Shown one piece after another: positions 9,007 through 18,825 of a stretch of 35,964 bases of DNA; the stretch's first letter is position 1; each line of letters starts with the position of its first letter. Location of the stretch: the IMG/VR virus record IMGVR_UViG_2541047714_000007. One strand, given 5' to 3'. Made by a program: the position numbers and the translations under genes. Below the pieces are notes generated by a model. The model was not told where the DNA came from. It did not search any database and worked only from the letters and a program-made list of their open reading frames with translations. The stretch is from a virus (Duplodnaviria > Heunggongvirae > Uroviricota > Caudoviricetes).

Positions 9007-9528
9007 TCAGCCCCCGATATTGATGCGGTAGTCGGTCAGTTGATCAACGCCACCAACGCGGAAGATGTTGGCCAGATAGTCCAGCTCCAGCAACTCTTCA
9101 CCATCCAGTACCTGCTTGATGTACGTGCAGGTGAAGCTACTGGAGAATTCGGCGTTCTCATGCTGTTTGAACGTCCCCAGCGGGTTCTTCTTGAACATGA
9201 TCGTCAGGAAGGTGACCAGCGGGATTTCGTCAATCAGCCCCTGCGAGCTGTAGCGCTGGACGCTTGAGCGACACTGCAGCGCCAGCGACTTGTACGGGTT
9301 CGCGGCAGACAGCATCGCGTCGCGGTAAAAGCTGTTCCACTTGATCTCGCCCTCAAGCTTGTCGAAGCCTGCCGGGAGTTCCACCTTGCCCACCATCCCC
9401 AGCGCCTTATGCTCCTGCATGGTCATGGAGACGTCCGGGAGTTTGACCTCCTCGGCACGCCCCAGCAGGTTAGCACCATCCAGGTAGATGTTGGCATTCG
9501 TGATGCGGTTGATCTCAATCTTTGCCAT
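9007..9528 (-). CDS. Tail tube protein
   Basis: 173-aa ORF immediately downstream of the sheath gene (stop/start overlap at 9528), the canonical sheath-tube order. Confidence 0.8.
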   Translation of the reverse strand: MAKIEINRITNANIYLDGANLLGRAEEVKLPDVSMTMQEHKALGMVGKVELPAGFDKLEGEIKWNSFYRDAMLSAANPYKSLALQCRSSVQRYSSQGLIDEIPLVTFLTIMFKKNPLGTFKQHENAEFSSSFTCTYIKQVLDGEELLELDYLANIFRVGGVDQLTDYRINIGG

Positions 9529-10955
9529 CAGCTATTCCCCTTCAGGGTTAACAGATATTCCGAGGTGATCTCGGTCTCAAACGTCAGCCGCTCCAGCGAC
9601 GGTGGCGGCGTGTATTTGTAGCTCAGCAACAGGTGACCTGCGGCAAGCTCCGTCTCTTCATTACGGGCCGGATCAAACCAGCAGCTGAAGCCCAGCAGCG
9701 CACCGTCGCCAATCAGTTTGCGACCATAGGCGTTGACCGACTCCGTCAGTGCATCAATCAGCGCCTGAGTAATCGGCATGTCGATGTACTGCTGGCTGAA
9801 GTAACGAATGGACTCATTGATCACATCACCGGTGCGACGAACGTTCTCAAAGTTACGCATATGGGTGACCGTTGGCCATGCTGCCGTCCGGTTACCCCAC
9901 AGACGAAGGCCGCTGCCGTAACTGCTGAATACCGTGGTGATCCCCTGTTCGTTGAGCAGGTTCACCTCGCTCTGCGGGTCGTCAATCATTGCTGACAGTT
10001 GGCGCTCCACACCAGTGATACCCAGAATCTCCTGGTTGGAGGACGACCACCAGTAACCCTTGTCCATGTCGACCCTGGCACGCAGACCTGCAGCACGCTG
10101 GCTCAGCGGCTCCAGCCGTTCGCTGTTGGTGACCGCGTCGTACACCTTGACGTGCGGGTAGCACAGACGGACGCGGTCGGAGCTGGTGTTGAAGTTAATG
10201 GTGCCTTCCGGGCCACGCCCCGCCAGAGCCTGAGCAAAAGTGGTACCAATCGGCGCGTCGATGTAAGTCACCGCGCCCAGCTTCTCAGCCATGGCGATAA
10301 GCTCAACCGAGACGCTGTTCTGGGTGCAGAATACCGGGGCAATCAGGATTTTTGCGAAGTAACCAAACAGGTTGAAGCTGTCGTTAAGCAGCTTCATACC
10401 GGTACGGTTGCCCGCCGCGTTAACGGCACCGATGATATCAGCCGGGGTGACTTTAGTTGGATCAGCATAGTTATAGCTGGCCTTCACCGTTGCATCTGCC
10501 GCGATGCTCTTACCGAGGTTGGTAATCGCCCCGGTCTGTGCATCAAGCGAGTAGTCCTGACCTTCCACATAAGGCTGGCCATCGTTGTCCGGTTTCAGTA
10601 CCAGCTGCGCGACCACCGGATTAGCCAGCTGTGCCTTGCCCGTCGCCTTGTCGAACGCTACATCTTCATCGGCCACAGCGGTTTTATGCACAGCCGGATC
10701 AAGCACGTTAATGACCAGAACGGTGCCTGCACCATGGTCATAAATCGCATCCAGCGCCTGCGGAATGGTAAAGCCGGTGAGCTGGTTGCCAAACGCAGCA
10801 GCATCTTTCTCAGACAGGCACTGCACCAGCGTATTGACGTCCCCCATCGGGGCGGTACCAATCAGGCCAATAACGGCAGATTTCACCGTTTTAACCGGGC
10901 GGGCTCCGTTTTCCACCTCAATGGTTTCGACGCCATGCAGATAGTTAGCTGCCAT
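9528..10955 (-). CDS. Contractile tail sheath protein
   Basis: 475-aa ORF, size and position typical of sheath; followed by tube, chaperone and tape measure. Confidence 0.85.
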   Translation of the reverse strand: MAANYLHGVETIEVENGARPVKTVKSAVIGLIGTAPMGDVNTLVQCLSEKDAAAFGNQLTGFTIPQALDAIYDHGAGTVLVINVLDPAVHKTAVADEDVAFDKATGKAQLANPVVAQLVLKPDNDGQPYVEGQDYSLDAQTGAITNLGKSIAADATVKASYNYADPTKVTPADIIGAVNAAGNRTGMKLLNDSFNLFGYFAKILIAPVFCTQNSVSVELIAMAEKLGAVTYIDAPIGTTFAQALAGRGPEGTINFNTSSDRVRLCYPHVKVYDAVTNSERLEPLSQRAAGLRARVDMDKGYWWSSSNQEILGITGVERQLSAMIDDPQSEVNLLNEQGITTVFSSYGSGLRLWGNRTAAWPTVTHMRNFENVRRTGDVINESIRYFSQQYIDMPITQALIDALTESVNAYGRKLIGDGALLGFSCWFDPARNEETELAAGHLLLSYKYTPPPSLERLTFETEITSEYLLTLKGNS

Positions 10956-11199
10956 GGGAGTCCTCCGTTTTCACTTCGCTGTCACTGCTGCTTCTGCGCT
11001 TTGGTGACTGCACAGCCGGTGTGACGGCGGGTTTAGTCTCTTCAGGTACCGGCGTCAGGTGCTTCAGCGCCACCAGTACCTTCACGTAGTCATGCTCCTC
11101 CGGCAGGGAAACCGTCTTCCCCGGCCAGAGCAGGATTTCGGTTCCGTCCGACAGCGTGACACCGCTGGCGGGGCCGGAATAGCGGTATTCTTTCATCAC
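10945..11199 (-). CDS. Hypothetical small protein (position of Mu gp38)
   Basis: 84-aa ORF overlapping the sheath start by 11 nt and the upstream gene by 4 nt (translational coupling). Confidence 0.45.
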   Translation of the reverse strand: MMKEYRYSGPASGVTLSDGTEILLWPGKTVSLPEEHDYVKVLVALKHLTPVPEETKPAVTPAVQSPKRRSSSDSEVKTEDSHGS

Positions 11200-11660
11200 T
11201 CGCTTTCCTCATAGTTCACTTCGGTTAACAGTGGGCCGGACGGTAAGTCGCTGTCTTCGATAAAGACGCTTTCTGTGGCAAAGTCGAGGGCGTACTGCCA
11301 CAGCCCTCTGACTTCGCCGATAAACACCTCACGGGTCAGCCAGATGCGACGGCGGCACCCGGGCGGGGTGTAGCCACCGAGAATGCGGCGGACAGCATCC
11401 AGGATATTAATCGCGCCTCTTTTACCGTTGAGCTGGCGAAAGACCACCGTGACGCAGAGCTGGATAGTCTGAGACTGGAGTACCGCACCGGTATCATCCG
11501 GCTTATCGAAGCGCGACCCGGCATAGCTCACCAGCAGCGCCCCGGCCGGATGATTCAGTCGGTATTCAGCTGGTTTCTCCGGGAAGTACTCCACCTGCAG
11601 TTGCGGCAGCTTCTCGCGTAACCGGGCCAGTACCGCATCAAGGACGGGCAGAACGTTCAT
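11196..11660 (-). CDS. Head-tail connector/completion protein (Mu gp37-like position)
   Basis: 154-aa ORF, coupled to its neighbours, between the gp36-like and sheath genes. Confidence 0.55.
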   Translation of the reverse strand: MNVLPVLDAVLARLREKLPQLQVEYFPEKPAEYRLNHPAGALLVSYAGSRFDKPDDTGAVLQSQTIQLCVTVVFRQLNGKRGAINILDAVRRILGGYTPPGCRRRIWLTREVFIGEVRGLWQYALDFATESVFIEDSDLPSGPLLTEVNYEESE

Positions 11661-12106
11661 CAGTATTTCTCCAGTAAACCGTCACGACCGCCGAAAGTGG
11701 CCGGGCGGCTGCGTACACGAAACTCGCCAGGTTCAGGCACATCTTTCTGAGTGGACGGCAGCCCCAGCGTGAGCCTGTTATCACGTAACTCCTTCAGTTG
11801 CCGCAGCGCTTCTTTGTGGTCATCCTTCACCGTATCCGGGAGGTCTCCTTCCGGGCGGCGGGCGTAGAGCCGGTAACGGACCAGCGTGATGGCAATGTCC
11901 CGCAGAACGGTCGGTATCTCCGCCAGCGGCAGGATATAGCGTCCGCGCAGATGGGCATCAATCAGCTCGTCGGCATAGCGGATACAGCTCTCCACCACAC
12001 GGGTATTCACTGTCGCAGGCGAGTCGAAGTCCATCTCTTCGCTGGTGAGCTCGATAAGCGTCCGCTCCGGCACCTGCTCAAGCAAATCCTCCAGGGTGCA
12101 GTACAT
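11660..12106 (-). CDS. Head-tail joining protein (Mu gp36-like position)
   Basis: Annotated from the internal ATG at 12106 (MYCTLEDLLEQ...), which sits 1 nt after the stop of the upstream ORF. The longer ORF-track start at 12268 would overlap the upstream gene. Confidence 0.55.
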   Translation of the reverse strand: MYCTLEDLLEQVPERTLIELTSEEMDFDSPATVNTRVVESCIRYADELIDAHLRGRYILPLAEIPTVLRDIAITLVRYRLYARRPEGDLPDTVKDDHKEALRQLKELRDNRLTLGLPSTQKDVPEPGEFRVRSRPATFGGRDGLLEKY

Positions 12107-12107
12107 G

Positions 12108-12446
12108 TCACACCCCGCGCAGGATACGAATGACGTCGCCTTCTGCTGTGGCTTCATCCAGGGCAATACCACAGGGTTTACCGTCGCCGGACTGCGGCAC
12201 GGCTCTGGCCTGAGCATCAGACTGTACAGCCACACCACGGCTGACAGCGGCCCCGGCCTCGACAGCAATAATGCCCAGAACGTTCACCGGCGTGCTGTCA
12301 CCGGTAACAGCATCCACTTCGGCAACCCCGAGCGCTGCAGCACCGGCTTTACAGGGGGTATTATCTGCCCCGACAAAACGCTGCTGTGCCAGTTCTGCAC
12401 CTGCCGTTACGGTTGTGATCAGAATGACCTGCTGAGTGGTTCCCAT
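12108..12446 (-). CDS. Small Ala/Gly/Val-rich structural protein (possible head decoration protein)
   Basis: 112-aa ORF directly downstream of the major capsid gene; composition typical of small capsid-associated proteins. Confidence 0.45.
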   Translation of the reverse strand: MGTTQQVILITTVTAGAELAQQRFVGADNTPCKAGAAALGVAEVDAVTGDSTPVNVLGIIAVEAGAAVSRGVAVQSDAQARAVPQSGDGKPCGIALDEATAEGDVIRILRGV

Positions 12447-12455
12447 AACGCCTCC

Positions 12456-13409
12456 TTATTTACTGATACCGGTGATGAGATACCCGGCATCGCCACCAAC
12501 CACGGCGACTTTGTAGATATCGGTATAACGGCAGTACTTCACCTTGCCACCGGCTCCGTCGTATTTGTCGGCAACAGGCATCCCCTTACGACGCAGGGTG
12601 TAGCCGAAGGACGGCTCGTTCTCGTCCGCGCTGTCCGCCCCCGGCTGCGGTTTGCCGACATAGTGCAGCATCAGATTGTCTCCCCAGATATCCGCCGGCA
12701 CGCTGTTCTTATCCATTGCCGCTTTCATGGACGGCAGGGAGACCGGGGCACCGATGACGACCTCTTCGATCTGAAAGAGGTCCTGCAGGATCTCTGTGGT
12801 GATGCGCTTGCGTTCGTTGGCTCCGATGGCGGCCTGAATCGCCGGGTGGAACTTCAGCAGCGCCATCACGCCGGCCCCCATGGTCATCAGGTTAGGACGC
12901 AGCCCCGTGGCCGTACGGACCGCTTCCATACCGGCTTCAATCACCCCGATGGGGTCCCCTTTACCACCGGCCCAGCGATCACTGGCTGTCAGTTTTTTGA
13001 CGTGCCCGGTACGGTAGACCTTTTCATCCTGAGCCAGACGGGCAGCGATAAGTTCACGGCGCAGGTTCACGCCGTTCGTGGCGCGACGGATGGCCTTGCT
13101 CTCTTCGTTAAACATGGACTCCGCCTGTTCGCGATAGTCCACCGGCGCAGCCAGATCGTGCTCACCCAGCACCAGATCAAGCGTGCCGGTTTTCTCACGG
13201 ACCAGAACATTGCTGTCCGCCCCGACGGCACGCTCGGTGTCATATTCCACAAAGGCGGTTTTCCCGAAGGTCGGCACACGCACGCCTTCCTTGTCCGTCA
13301 GCACGACGGGGAAAATACGTTCGCCGATGAATGCGGCATTTTTATAGCCTCGGGCGATACTGGTCAGTACCGGATCAACGACACGTTTACCTTTTAAGTA
13401 ATCAGACAT
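12456..13409 (-). CDS. Major capsid protein
   Basis: 317-aa ORF following the protease/scaffold gene, typical size and position. Confidence 0.75.
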   Translation of the reverse strand: MSDYLKGKRVVDPVLTSIARGYKNAAFIGERIFPVVLTDKEGVRVPTFGKTAFVEYDTERAVGADSNVLVREKTGTLDLVLGEHDLAAPVDYREQAESMFNEESKAIRRATNGVNLRRELIAARLAQDEKVYRTGHVKKLTASDRWAGGKGDPIGVIEAGMEAVRTATGLRPNLMTMGAGVMALLKFHPAIQAAIGANERKRITTEILQDLFQIEEVVIGAPVSLPSMKAAMDKNSVPADIWGDNLMLHYVGKPQPGADSADENEPSFGYTLRRKGMPVADKYDGAGGKVKYCRYTDIYKVAVVGGDAGYLITGISK

Positions 13410-13422
13410 GCTCTCTCCTTAA

Positions 13423-14538
13423 TTACAGGCAGCGTGCGACAGCAGCCTCATAGCTGATGCCTTCTTTTTTCGACAGGGCCACTGCTTTCTGATGCAGGGC
13501 CAGACGCTCAGGATCGGCTTCCGCAAACTCCGTCACATCCACCTTCACCGTGTCGCCGACACGCTCCTTTGTGGCCTGTTCGGCGAAATTCATCACCGGC
13601 TCCCCGTCGGAGAGCAATGAACGAAAGGCGGTCGCCAGCGGTGTGCGGCTTTCCCCCTCAGCAAACTCCACCGGCTTGTCGCCACCGGCGACGGCATCCA
13701 GCAGGGCAACCACCACGGAGGAGGCGCGGGGAGCCAGACGGCCCTCTGCGACCAGTTTTTCTGCAAAGGCCACATTGTCCTTATGCAGTTGCTCCTGTCT
13801 GACCTGTGCATCACGCGCATCGCGATCAGCAGCCTGCTGCTTCAGGCGGCGGTTCTCCTCCTGAAGGGCTTCAATCTCTTCTTTTGTCATCGATGATTCC
13901 TCGTTACTTGCGGAAGACGGCCCCGGGCCTGTCTCACTGAATTGTGCACCTGCTGCATCCTGCGACGGTGTGTCGCGGTACGCCTCTTCGCGCAGATTGT
14001 TGAGCTGCCATTCCGGCAGGACTTTTTCTGCTTCGTCCAGACTGAAGCGGGCGATCAGAAAATCGCGCAGCTTTCCCCACAGGGAGGCATTCGTGATGGC
14101 CTGCCAGTCGGCGAACTCCACCACACCTTCTTCCTGCTCACTGAAGGACACCTGTTTCAGCCCCTTGACGGAAGGTGGCTGTGCCCCGAGAAAGCCCACA
14201 TGGCGCAGGTAGAGCACGCCGGGCTTCGGATTGGACGGTGAATCCGGGAGGTAGAAAGAGGCGGACACTTTTTTGAATCGTCCGTCGGTGACCATCTCAG
14301 CAAACTGCGGGTCCAGCTGGGCAGGCTCTGCCATCAGATCGACGCCGCTGAGCGACAGGGCTTTCACCCAGCCCCACGCCGGGTCTTCCGTTCTGGGATG
14401 ACCAATCACGAGTGGTGCTTCATGGACGGACGGGTCATAGGCTTTCACGCAGGCGGCAAGATCGTCTGGCGTGAACGGCAGTTTTTTGCCGTGCATATCG
14501 GTATGAGTACCGGCTTTAAAAATGTGAATGGCTGACAT
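13423..14538 (-). CDS. Head maturation protease/scaffold protein (Mu I-like)
   Basis: 371 aa with a coiled-coil Glu/Arg/Gln-rich middle segment (EEIEALQEENRRLKQQAADRDARDAQVRQEQL); located just upstream of the capsid gene, as in Mu. Confidence 0.7.
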   Translation of the reverse strand: MSAIHIFKAGTHTDMHGKKLPFTPDDLAACVKAYDPSVHEAPLVIGHPRTEDPAWGWVKALSLSGVDLMAEPAQLDPQFAEMVTDGRFKKVSASFYLPDSPSNPKPGVLYLRHVGFLGAQPPSVKGLKQVSFSEQEEGVVEFADWQAITNASLWGKLRDFLIARFSLDEAEKVLPEWQLNNLREEAYRDTPSQDAAGAQFSETGPGPSSASNEESSMTKEEIEALQEENRRLKQQAADRDARDAQVRQEQLHKDNVAFAEKLVAEGRLAPRASSVVVALLDAVAGGDKPVEFAEGESRTPLATAFRSLLSDGEPVMNFAEQATKERVGDTVKVDVTEFAEADPERLALHQKAVALSKKEGISYEAAVARCL

Positions 14539-14752
14539 TTTGCTGTCCCGCGTTATGTTGTCGGAGACAGTTTGTGAGAAATGCAGGCCCGGCGATTTTA
14601 ATCTGCTTTAGAAAACATCAGGAGAGAAGGACAGGGAAAGCAATGCGGTGAACCGGAGGCGGTTATAAAACAGAGGCTGTAAAGCCTTTATAAAGGTAAT
14701 ACAGCCCCTCATCCGCTGGCAATGATAAATCACCCGCCTGAAGGGAGAAACC
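14539..14752 (-). promoter_or_regulatory. Intergenic region between the G-like and I-like genes; putative internal late promoter
   Basis: 214-bp non-coding gap in an otherwise tightly packed operon. In Mu a late promoter (P_I) sits at this position. Confidence 0.35.
14675..14706 (-). terminator. Hairpin / possible terminator downstream of the G-like gene
   Basis: Imperfect 16-bp inverted repeat GGCTGTAAAGCCTTTA / TAAAGGTAATACAGCC; on the minus strand it is followed by TCTGTTTTATAA. Confidence 0.35.
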
Positions 14753-15211
14753 TCAGCGACGGGCCGCTGATTCAAGATGGCGGACAATGGTATCGAGGAT
14801 GGGGATTACCACTTCAGGCTGTAGTTCTCCATCCCCTGTCACCGGCAGGAACGGGCGGGCCGGAAGTTCAACAGACTCATTACGCCCCGTTTTACCCCCG
14901 AACTGGTGAATGGCACCGTAAACAACGTTGGTCCCCACAACAGCCTGCCGGTCGTCATGGTCGGTTGATACTGACCCCATCAGACGCCCGGTATCCTGCA
15001 GTGTCTGCCCGTCACGTTCTTCCGCTGCCAGCGAGGGGATCCACCCCGGACGCCCCTCATCAAGAAAGTTAAACTGTGTTTCCGCCAGCAGGGTTCCGGC
15101 GATTTTGCGCATCGCGGGTTCCAGGTCTGTGGCAGCCAGGTCCAGCGCACGGAGGCTCCGGCGCAGGGATTTATCGTTAATGGTGATACTGACCAGGTTA
15201 TCGGAAGCCAT
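14753..15211 (-). CDS. Virion morphogenesis protein (Mu G-like)
   Basis: 152-aa ORF directly downstream of the F-like gene, matching Mu gene G in size and position. Confidence 0.7.
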   Translation of the reverse strand: MASDNLVSITINDKSLRRSLRALDLAATDLEPAMRKIAGTLLAETQFNFLDEGRPGWIPSLAAEERDGQTLQDTGRLMGSVSTDHDDRQAVVGTNVVYGAIHQFGGKTGRNESVELPARPFLPVTGDGELQPEVVIPILDTIVRHLESAARR

Positions 15212-15213
15212 TG

Positions 15214-16035
15214 TTATCCTCTCAGTTCCTGTTGTGCCAGTGGCTGAAGCGTACCCTGATAGCGGGAAAGGTCGGGACGGTATGCTGCCCCCGGTGCATA
15301 AGACCAGCCGACGTCGGTGGCCACCTTCGTGGTGCCGGTATTAAAGGTAGCCACGTTCCGCATTTCGCCGGTTTTCTCTGAGACCAGTTTCAGTTCCTGG
15401 CCCATGGCAGAGCCGGAGCTGATAACCTTCAGGCCACGGGCACGTACATCCGCCGCACTCAGGGCAATCACACTACAGCGGCAGCGCCAGCCGTTCGGCG
15501 GGTAAAATGCCTGCCAGAACGGGTCATCCCAGCGCAGCACCAGACCATGCAGCGCCAGATGGCTCCTGCGGGTATGGCTGTCGTTGATGCCGGTATACAT
15601 CCAGTACGGCCTGTCGTCGACGTTTTCCATCTGCTCCGCCCAACGACCGGCGCTGTAGAGTACGGACATATTGGTGCGAAAGATGGTATCGAGCCGCCAC
15701 GGACTGCCCTGCTGAATGGTGACCGGTTCACCCGTTACCGGGTCAGTCGTGTCACGCGGTCCCCACCATCCCTTGCGCTTCAGCGCCGGCTCCAGCTCCT
15801 GCCGGAACCAGCGATCGGTTTTTCCTTCATCGACAGCCTGCTGCAGTGCCCCGCGAATATCTTCCAGGATATCCAGGCGGGTCACTTTAGCAACGGTAAA
15901 GGCGCGGGCATGGGCCTCCTGCCACATTTCTTCCCAGTCCCAGGTAATCTGATACCCTTTGGACTTCAGGTAACTGACTGCCCGCTTCGGGGGAAGCGTC
16001 ATGCAGTACGCCAGTTCAGCCGTTGTCACGCTCAT
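15214..16035 (-). CDS. Head morphogenesis protein (Mu F-like)
   Basis: Annotated from the internal ATG at 16035 (MSVTTAEL...), which overlaps the portal stop by 20 nt; the ORF track extends to 16062. Position after the portal matches Mu F. Confidence 0.75.
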   Translation of the reverse strand: MSVTTAELAYCMTLPPKRAVSYLKSKGYQITWDWEEMWQEAHARAFTVAKVTRLDILEDIRGALQQAVDEGKTDRWFRQELEPALKRKGWWGPRDTTDPVTGEPVTIQQGSPWRLDTIFRTNMSVLYSAGRWAEQMENVDDRPYWMYTGINDSHTRRSHLALHGLVLRWDDPFWQAFYPPNGWRCRCSVIALSAADVRARGLKVISSGSAMGQELKLVSEKTGEMRNVATFNTGTTKVATDVGWSYAPGAAYRPDLSRYQGTLQPLAQQELRG

Positions 16036-17509
16036 GCAGACGTCCCCAGATATTTGCCACAAAGAGAATGCGGGCCAGCCGTTCCTGCAGATCGTCCGTG
16101 TTCATCTGAGGGTAGAGCTCCGCCAGTTCGCCCAGCAGCTCAGTCGGGTTAACCCCGTTTTCGACCCGCTTAAACAGAGGTGCCAGGACGGGTTCCAGCG
16201 TGCCATTTAACACACCTCCGTTCATCAGAATGTCCAGCGCGTCGTCAAGCTGCTGTTGTGCATCATGATCGGCGCTTATCGCCTCGGCAAACTCCGCAGG
16301 CACTGCCCCGTCCGCAACCGGTGCATCAGAGAGGTCAATATCCCCCTCCTGCAGCTGGTACTCCCGCATGAAGTACTGCGGGGTCAGACGCAGACCCGCC
16401 CGGGTGAGTTTTTCGTCGCGGGTGGCACGGGTGTCATCAATGGCCTCCTGTTCCCACATGGCCCAGACCGGACACGGCACATCGCCGAAGTTCAGGGTGA
16501 CCACCGTTCTGATGACCTGATTCACTGCCGCCTGAATGATGTCCGCATCCGCATCGCGGATATCAGCCGTTACCTCCAGCCCGGCCTGTGCAGAGGCCTT
16601 GTTACTGTTCGCTTCCGTGGTCTGATTCTGACCGAGTAATGCAATGGAGATCTCACTGCGTGACAGTGTGATCAGCTCGCGGAATACCTCGCTGCTGTCC
16701 GCCTTGCCATCCGCTGCTTTGAGTTCGATACTGCTGTCATCGGGGATGGCGGCCACCGCGTCCTCCACCATCTGCTCCATGGAGTCCAGCAGTTTTTCAA
16801 TCTCTGCATCATTTGCACCCCTCGGGTGCTTACCGATCACCCACGGGGAGCCAAACTTTTCGGCAAAGCGGAGCCAGAATTTCATCCCGCCTTTCTTGAA
16901 GGCGACCGGCCAGAAGCACATGGACAGGTCCGGGAAACCGTAAGGATTGTCATACGAGGCATCCTGTGCCGGCACCACGAATTTTGACGGTGACAGCAGC
17001 TCACCCTCCACACCCGCATCACGCGCCCGGAAGCGCAGGCAGTTGTCCGTATCAAACTGAAACCACTCAGGCGGTTTGCCGACAATATCCGTCACCGCCC
17101 ACGCCCTGACCGAACGGCCCCACATGATTTCACAGGGCTGATACCCGTAGAGCACGGCATCGCTCATCTCACCGATGATGCGGGACAGATCCAGATCGTC
17201 GAGCATGTCGCGGATGAAACGGAAGACCCGGGCAGAAGCGTGACCGCGCTCCAGTCCACGCTCCAGCGATTTGAGCGCTGCTTTACGTCTGCGGATACAG
17301 CCCCCGACCAGCGGGTCGGTGCGCAGTTCGCGGTAGATACGGATATCCCGTCCCTGAGCCTTGAGAATGGGATCAGGATTGGGCAGATACATGCCCAGTC
17401 CGTAAAAGTCGATCGCGCGGCTGCGGGAGGCAATCTGCGCGGTCAGTGATTTCTGAGGCTCAGAAAAAGCAACAAATTCATCGGGTGAAACCCAGATACC
17501 CCTCGCCAT
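16016..17509 (-). CDS. Portal protein (Mu gp29-like)
   Basis: 497-aa ORF immediately downstream of the terminase large subunit (start overlaps its stop at 17509). Confidence 0.8.
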   Translation of the reverse strand: MARGIWVSPDEFVAFSEPQKSLTAQIASRSRAIDFYGLGMYLPNPDPILKAQGRDIRIYRELRTDPLVGGCIRRRKAALKSLERGLERGHASARVFRFIRDMLDDLDLSRIIGEMSDAVLYGYQPCEIMWGRSVRAWAVTDIVGKPPEWFQFDTDNCLRFRARDAGVEGELLSPSKFVVPAQDASYDNPYGFPDLSMCFWPVAFKKGGMKFWLRFAEKFGSPWVIGKHPRGANDAEIEKLLDSMEQMVEDAVAAIPDDSSIELKAADGKADSSEVFRELITLSRSEISIALLGQNQTTEANSNKASAQAGLEVTADIRDADADIIQAAVNQVIRTVVTLNFGDVPCPVWAMWEQEAIDDTRATRDEKLTRAGLRLTPQYFMREYQLQEGDIDLSDAPVADGAVPAEFAEAISADHDAQQQLDDALDILMNGGVLNGTLEPVLAPLFKRVENGVNPTELLGELAELYPQMNTDDLQERLARILFVANIWGRLHERDNG

Positions 17510-18825
17510 CAGAATCCCTCCAGTATATGACCAGCCTCACGGCGGTGACGCGAACGGGCCATCACCGGCCCTGACGGTCCGTCAGTGGCGTTTATTGCCA
17601 GAAAACAGGCCCATGTGCGGTCGGCGTGACCTGCTGCATCACTTTCGGCCACAAAGCGGGGAGTTCCGGTAGGCCCGGTAACCTTGCGAAGTTTATGCAG
17701 ATCACTGCGCAGGACCACATCTCCCGCCGGAATACGCAGGCGGCGGTCCTCAAACATCTCCCTGCCACGGGTCGCGAGGGTGAGCTTGTTCGGGCTGTTA
17801 AATATCACCCCCTCCACACGGCTTCTGCCATGGCGACCCTGTGCATCCTCCACCGGCTTTTCTCCCATCCCGGTCTGATCCATACAGCAGCGCAGCACGC
17901 GGTAACGGAAAAATACGTCATCCAGCAAAGCATCCTGCTCAGCAAAGGTGGCCCGTTTACGGGTGATGATTTCCCGGGTCCAGTAGACATCCCCCACCTG
18001 TTCAAGCACCCAGATGACAAACAGGTCATTACGAACAGCAATATCCACCCCCACAAAGCAGGGGCCACCCGTATAGTGCACCGGCAGCCCGGCAGCATCG
18101 TGCTCCACGCCGTCAATCAGTTCAAACGTCAGCCAGGCCGATGCCTCATCCAGCCACTTCAGTTCAAACTCCTGTGCCCAGGCGTCATCATCGTTGAGCG
18201 CCTGTCGCATCTGTGCAATATCCCGCGGCAGACCATCACGCACGGCACGGTAAATATCCACGATGTGACGTGACCAGACATTTTCAAGGGTGTTGCTGGT
18301 CATCAGTTCATAAAACTTGTTTCCCTTGCCGTTCGGTGTCGATGTCACACGCAGTCTGTAGCCGTTGGAAATGACCGGAAACAGAGCGGTCCAGATTTTG
18401 CGACTGTCGGCATGGAAGGCGAACTCATCCAGAAAGACGTTAGCCGCAAACCCACGAGCCGTGTCGGGATTCGCCGGCAGGGCCGTGATACGGGAGCCGC
18501 CGGGTAACTCCACCTCAAGCATGGTGTAGCGTTCGCCGCTTTCAGCACGGTAATAACTTTCCACCTCACGGGCCGCCATCCGGTAGGCGCTGCAGTGTTT
18601 TTTCACCCCCTCCACCATGGCTTCTTTTGCCTGACGCTCCCCGCGCGAGAGGATCACCCAGCGTGTACGTCCCCCTGAGGCCTCCGTTTCAAAACAGTCA
18701 TCAACCAGTTCCAGCGTGGTGGTGAACGTCTTGCCCGTCTGACGGGCAAACATACCAATCTTGAAACGGGCACGATCCAGAAACCACGACTGCTGATAGG
18801 GATACAGCTGAATGGCCGCTGTCAT
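17509..18825 (-). CDS. Terminase large subunit (Mu gp28-like)
   Basis: 438 aa; N-terminal Walker A-like FARQTGKT; position between small-subunit-like and portal genes. Confidence 0.8.
   Translation of the reverse strand: MTAAIQLYPYQQSWFLDRARFKIGMFARQTGKTFTTTLELVDDCFETEASGGRTRWVILSRGERQAKEAMVEGVKKHCSAYRMAAREVESYYRAESGERYTMLEVELPGGSRITALPANPDTARGFAANVFLDEFAFHADSRKIWTALFPVISNGYRLRVTSTPNGKGNKFYELMTSNTLENVWSRHIVDIYRAVRDGLPRDIAQMRQALNDDDAWAQEFELKWLDEASAWLTFELIDGVEHDAAGLPVHYTGGPCFVGVDIAVRNDLFVIWVLEQVGDVYWTREIITRKRATFAEQDALLDDVFFRYRVLRCCMDQTGMGEKPVEDAQGRHGRSRVEGVIFNSPNKLTLATRGREMFEDRRLRIPAGDVVLRSDLHKLRKVTGPTGTPRFVAESDAAGHADRTWACFLAINATDGPSGPVMARSRHRREAGHILEGF

Noticed and set aside
9999-13397. Long plus-strand ORFs (9999..11024, 12045..13397) and many shorter ones opposite the late genes
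   Set aside because: They lie antisense to tightly packed, translationally coupled minus-strand structural genes, lack RBSs, and have low-complexity Arg/Ala-rich translations typical of GC-rich shadow frames.
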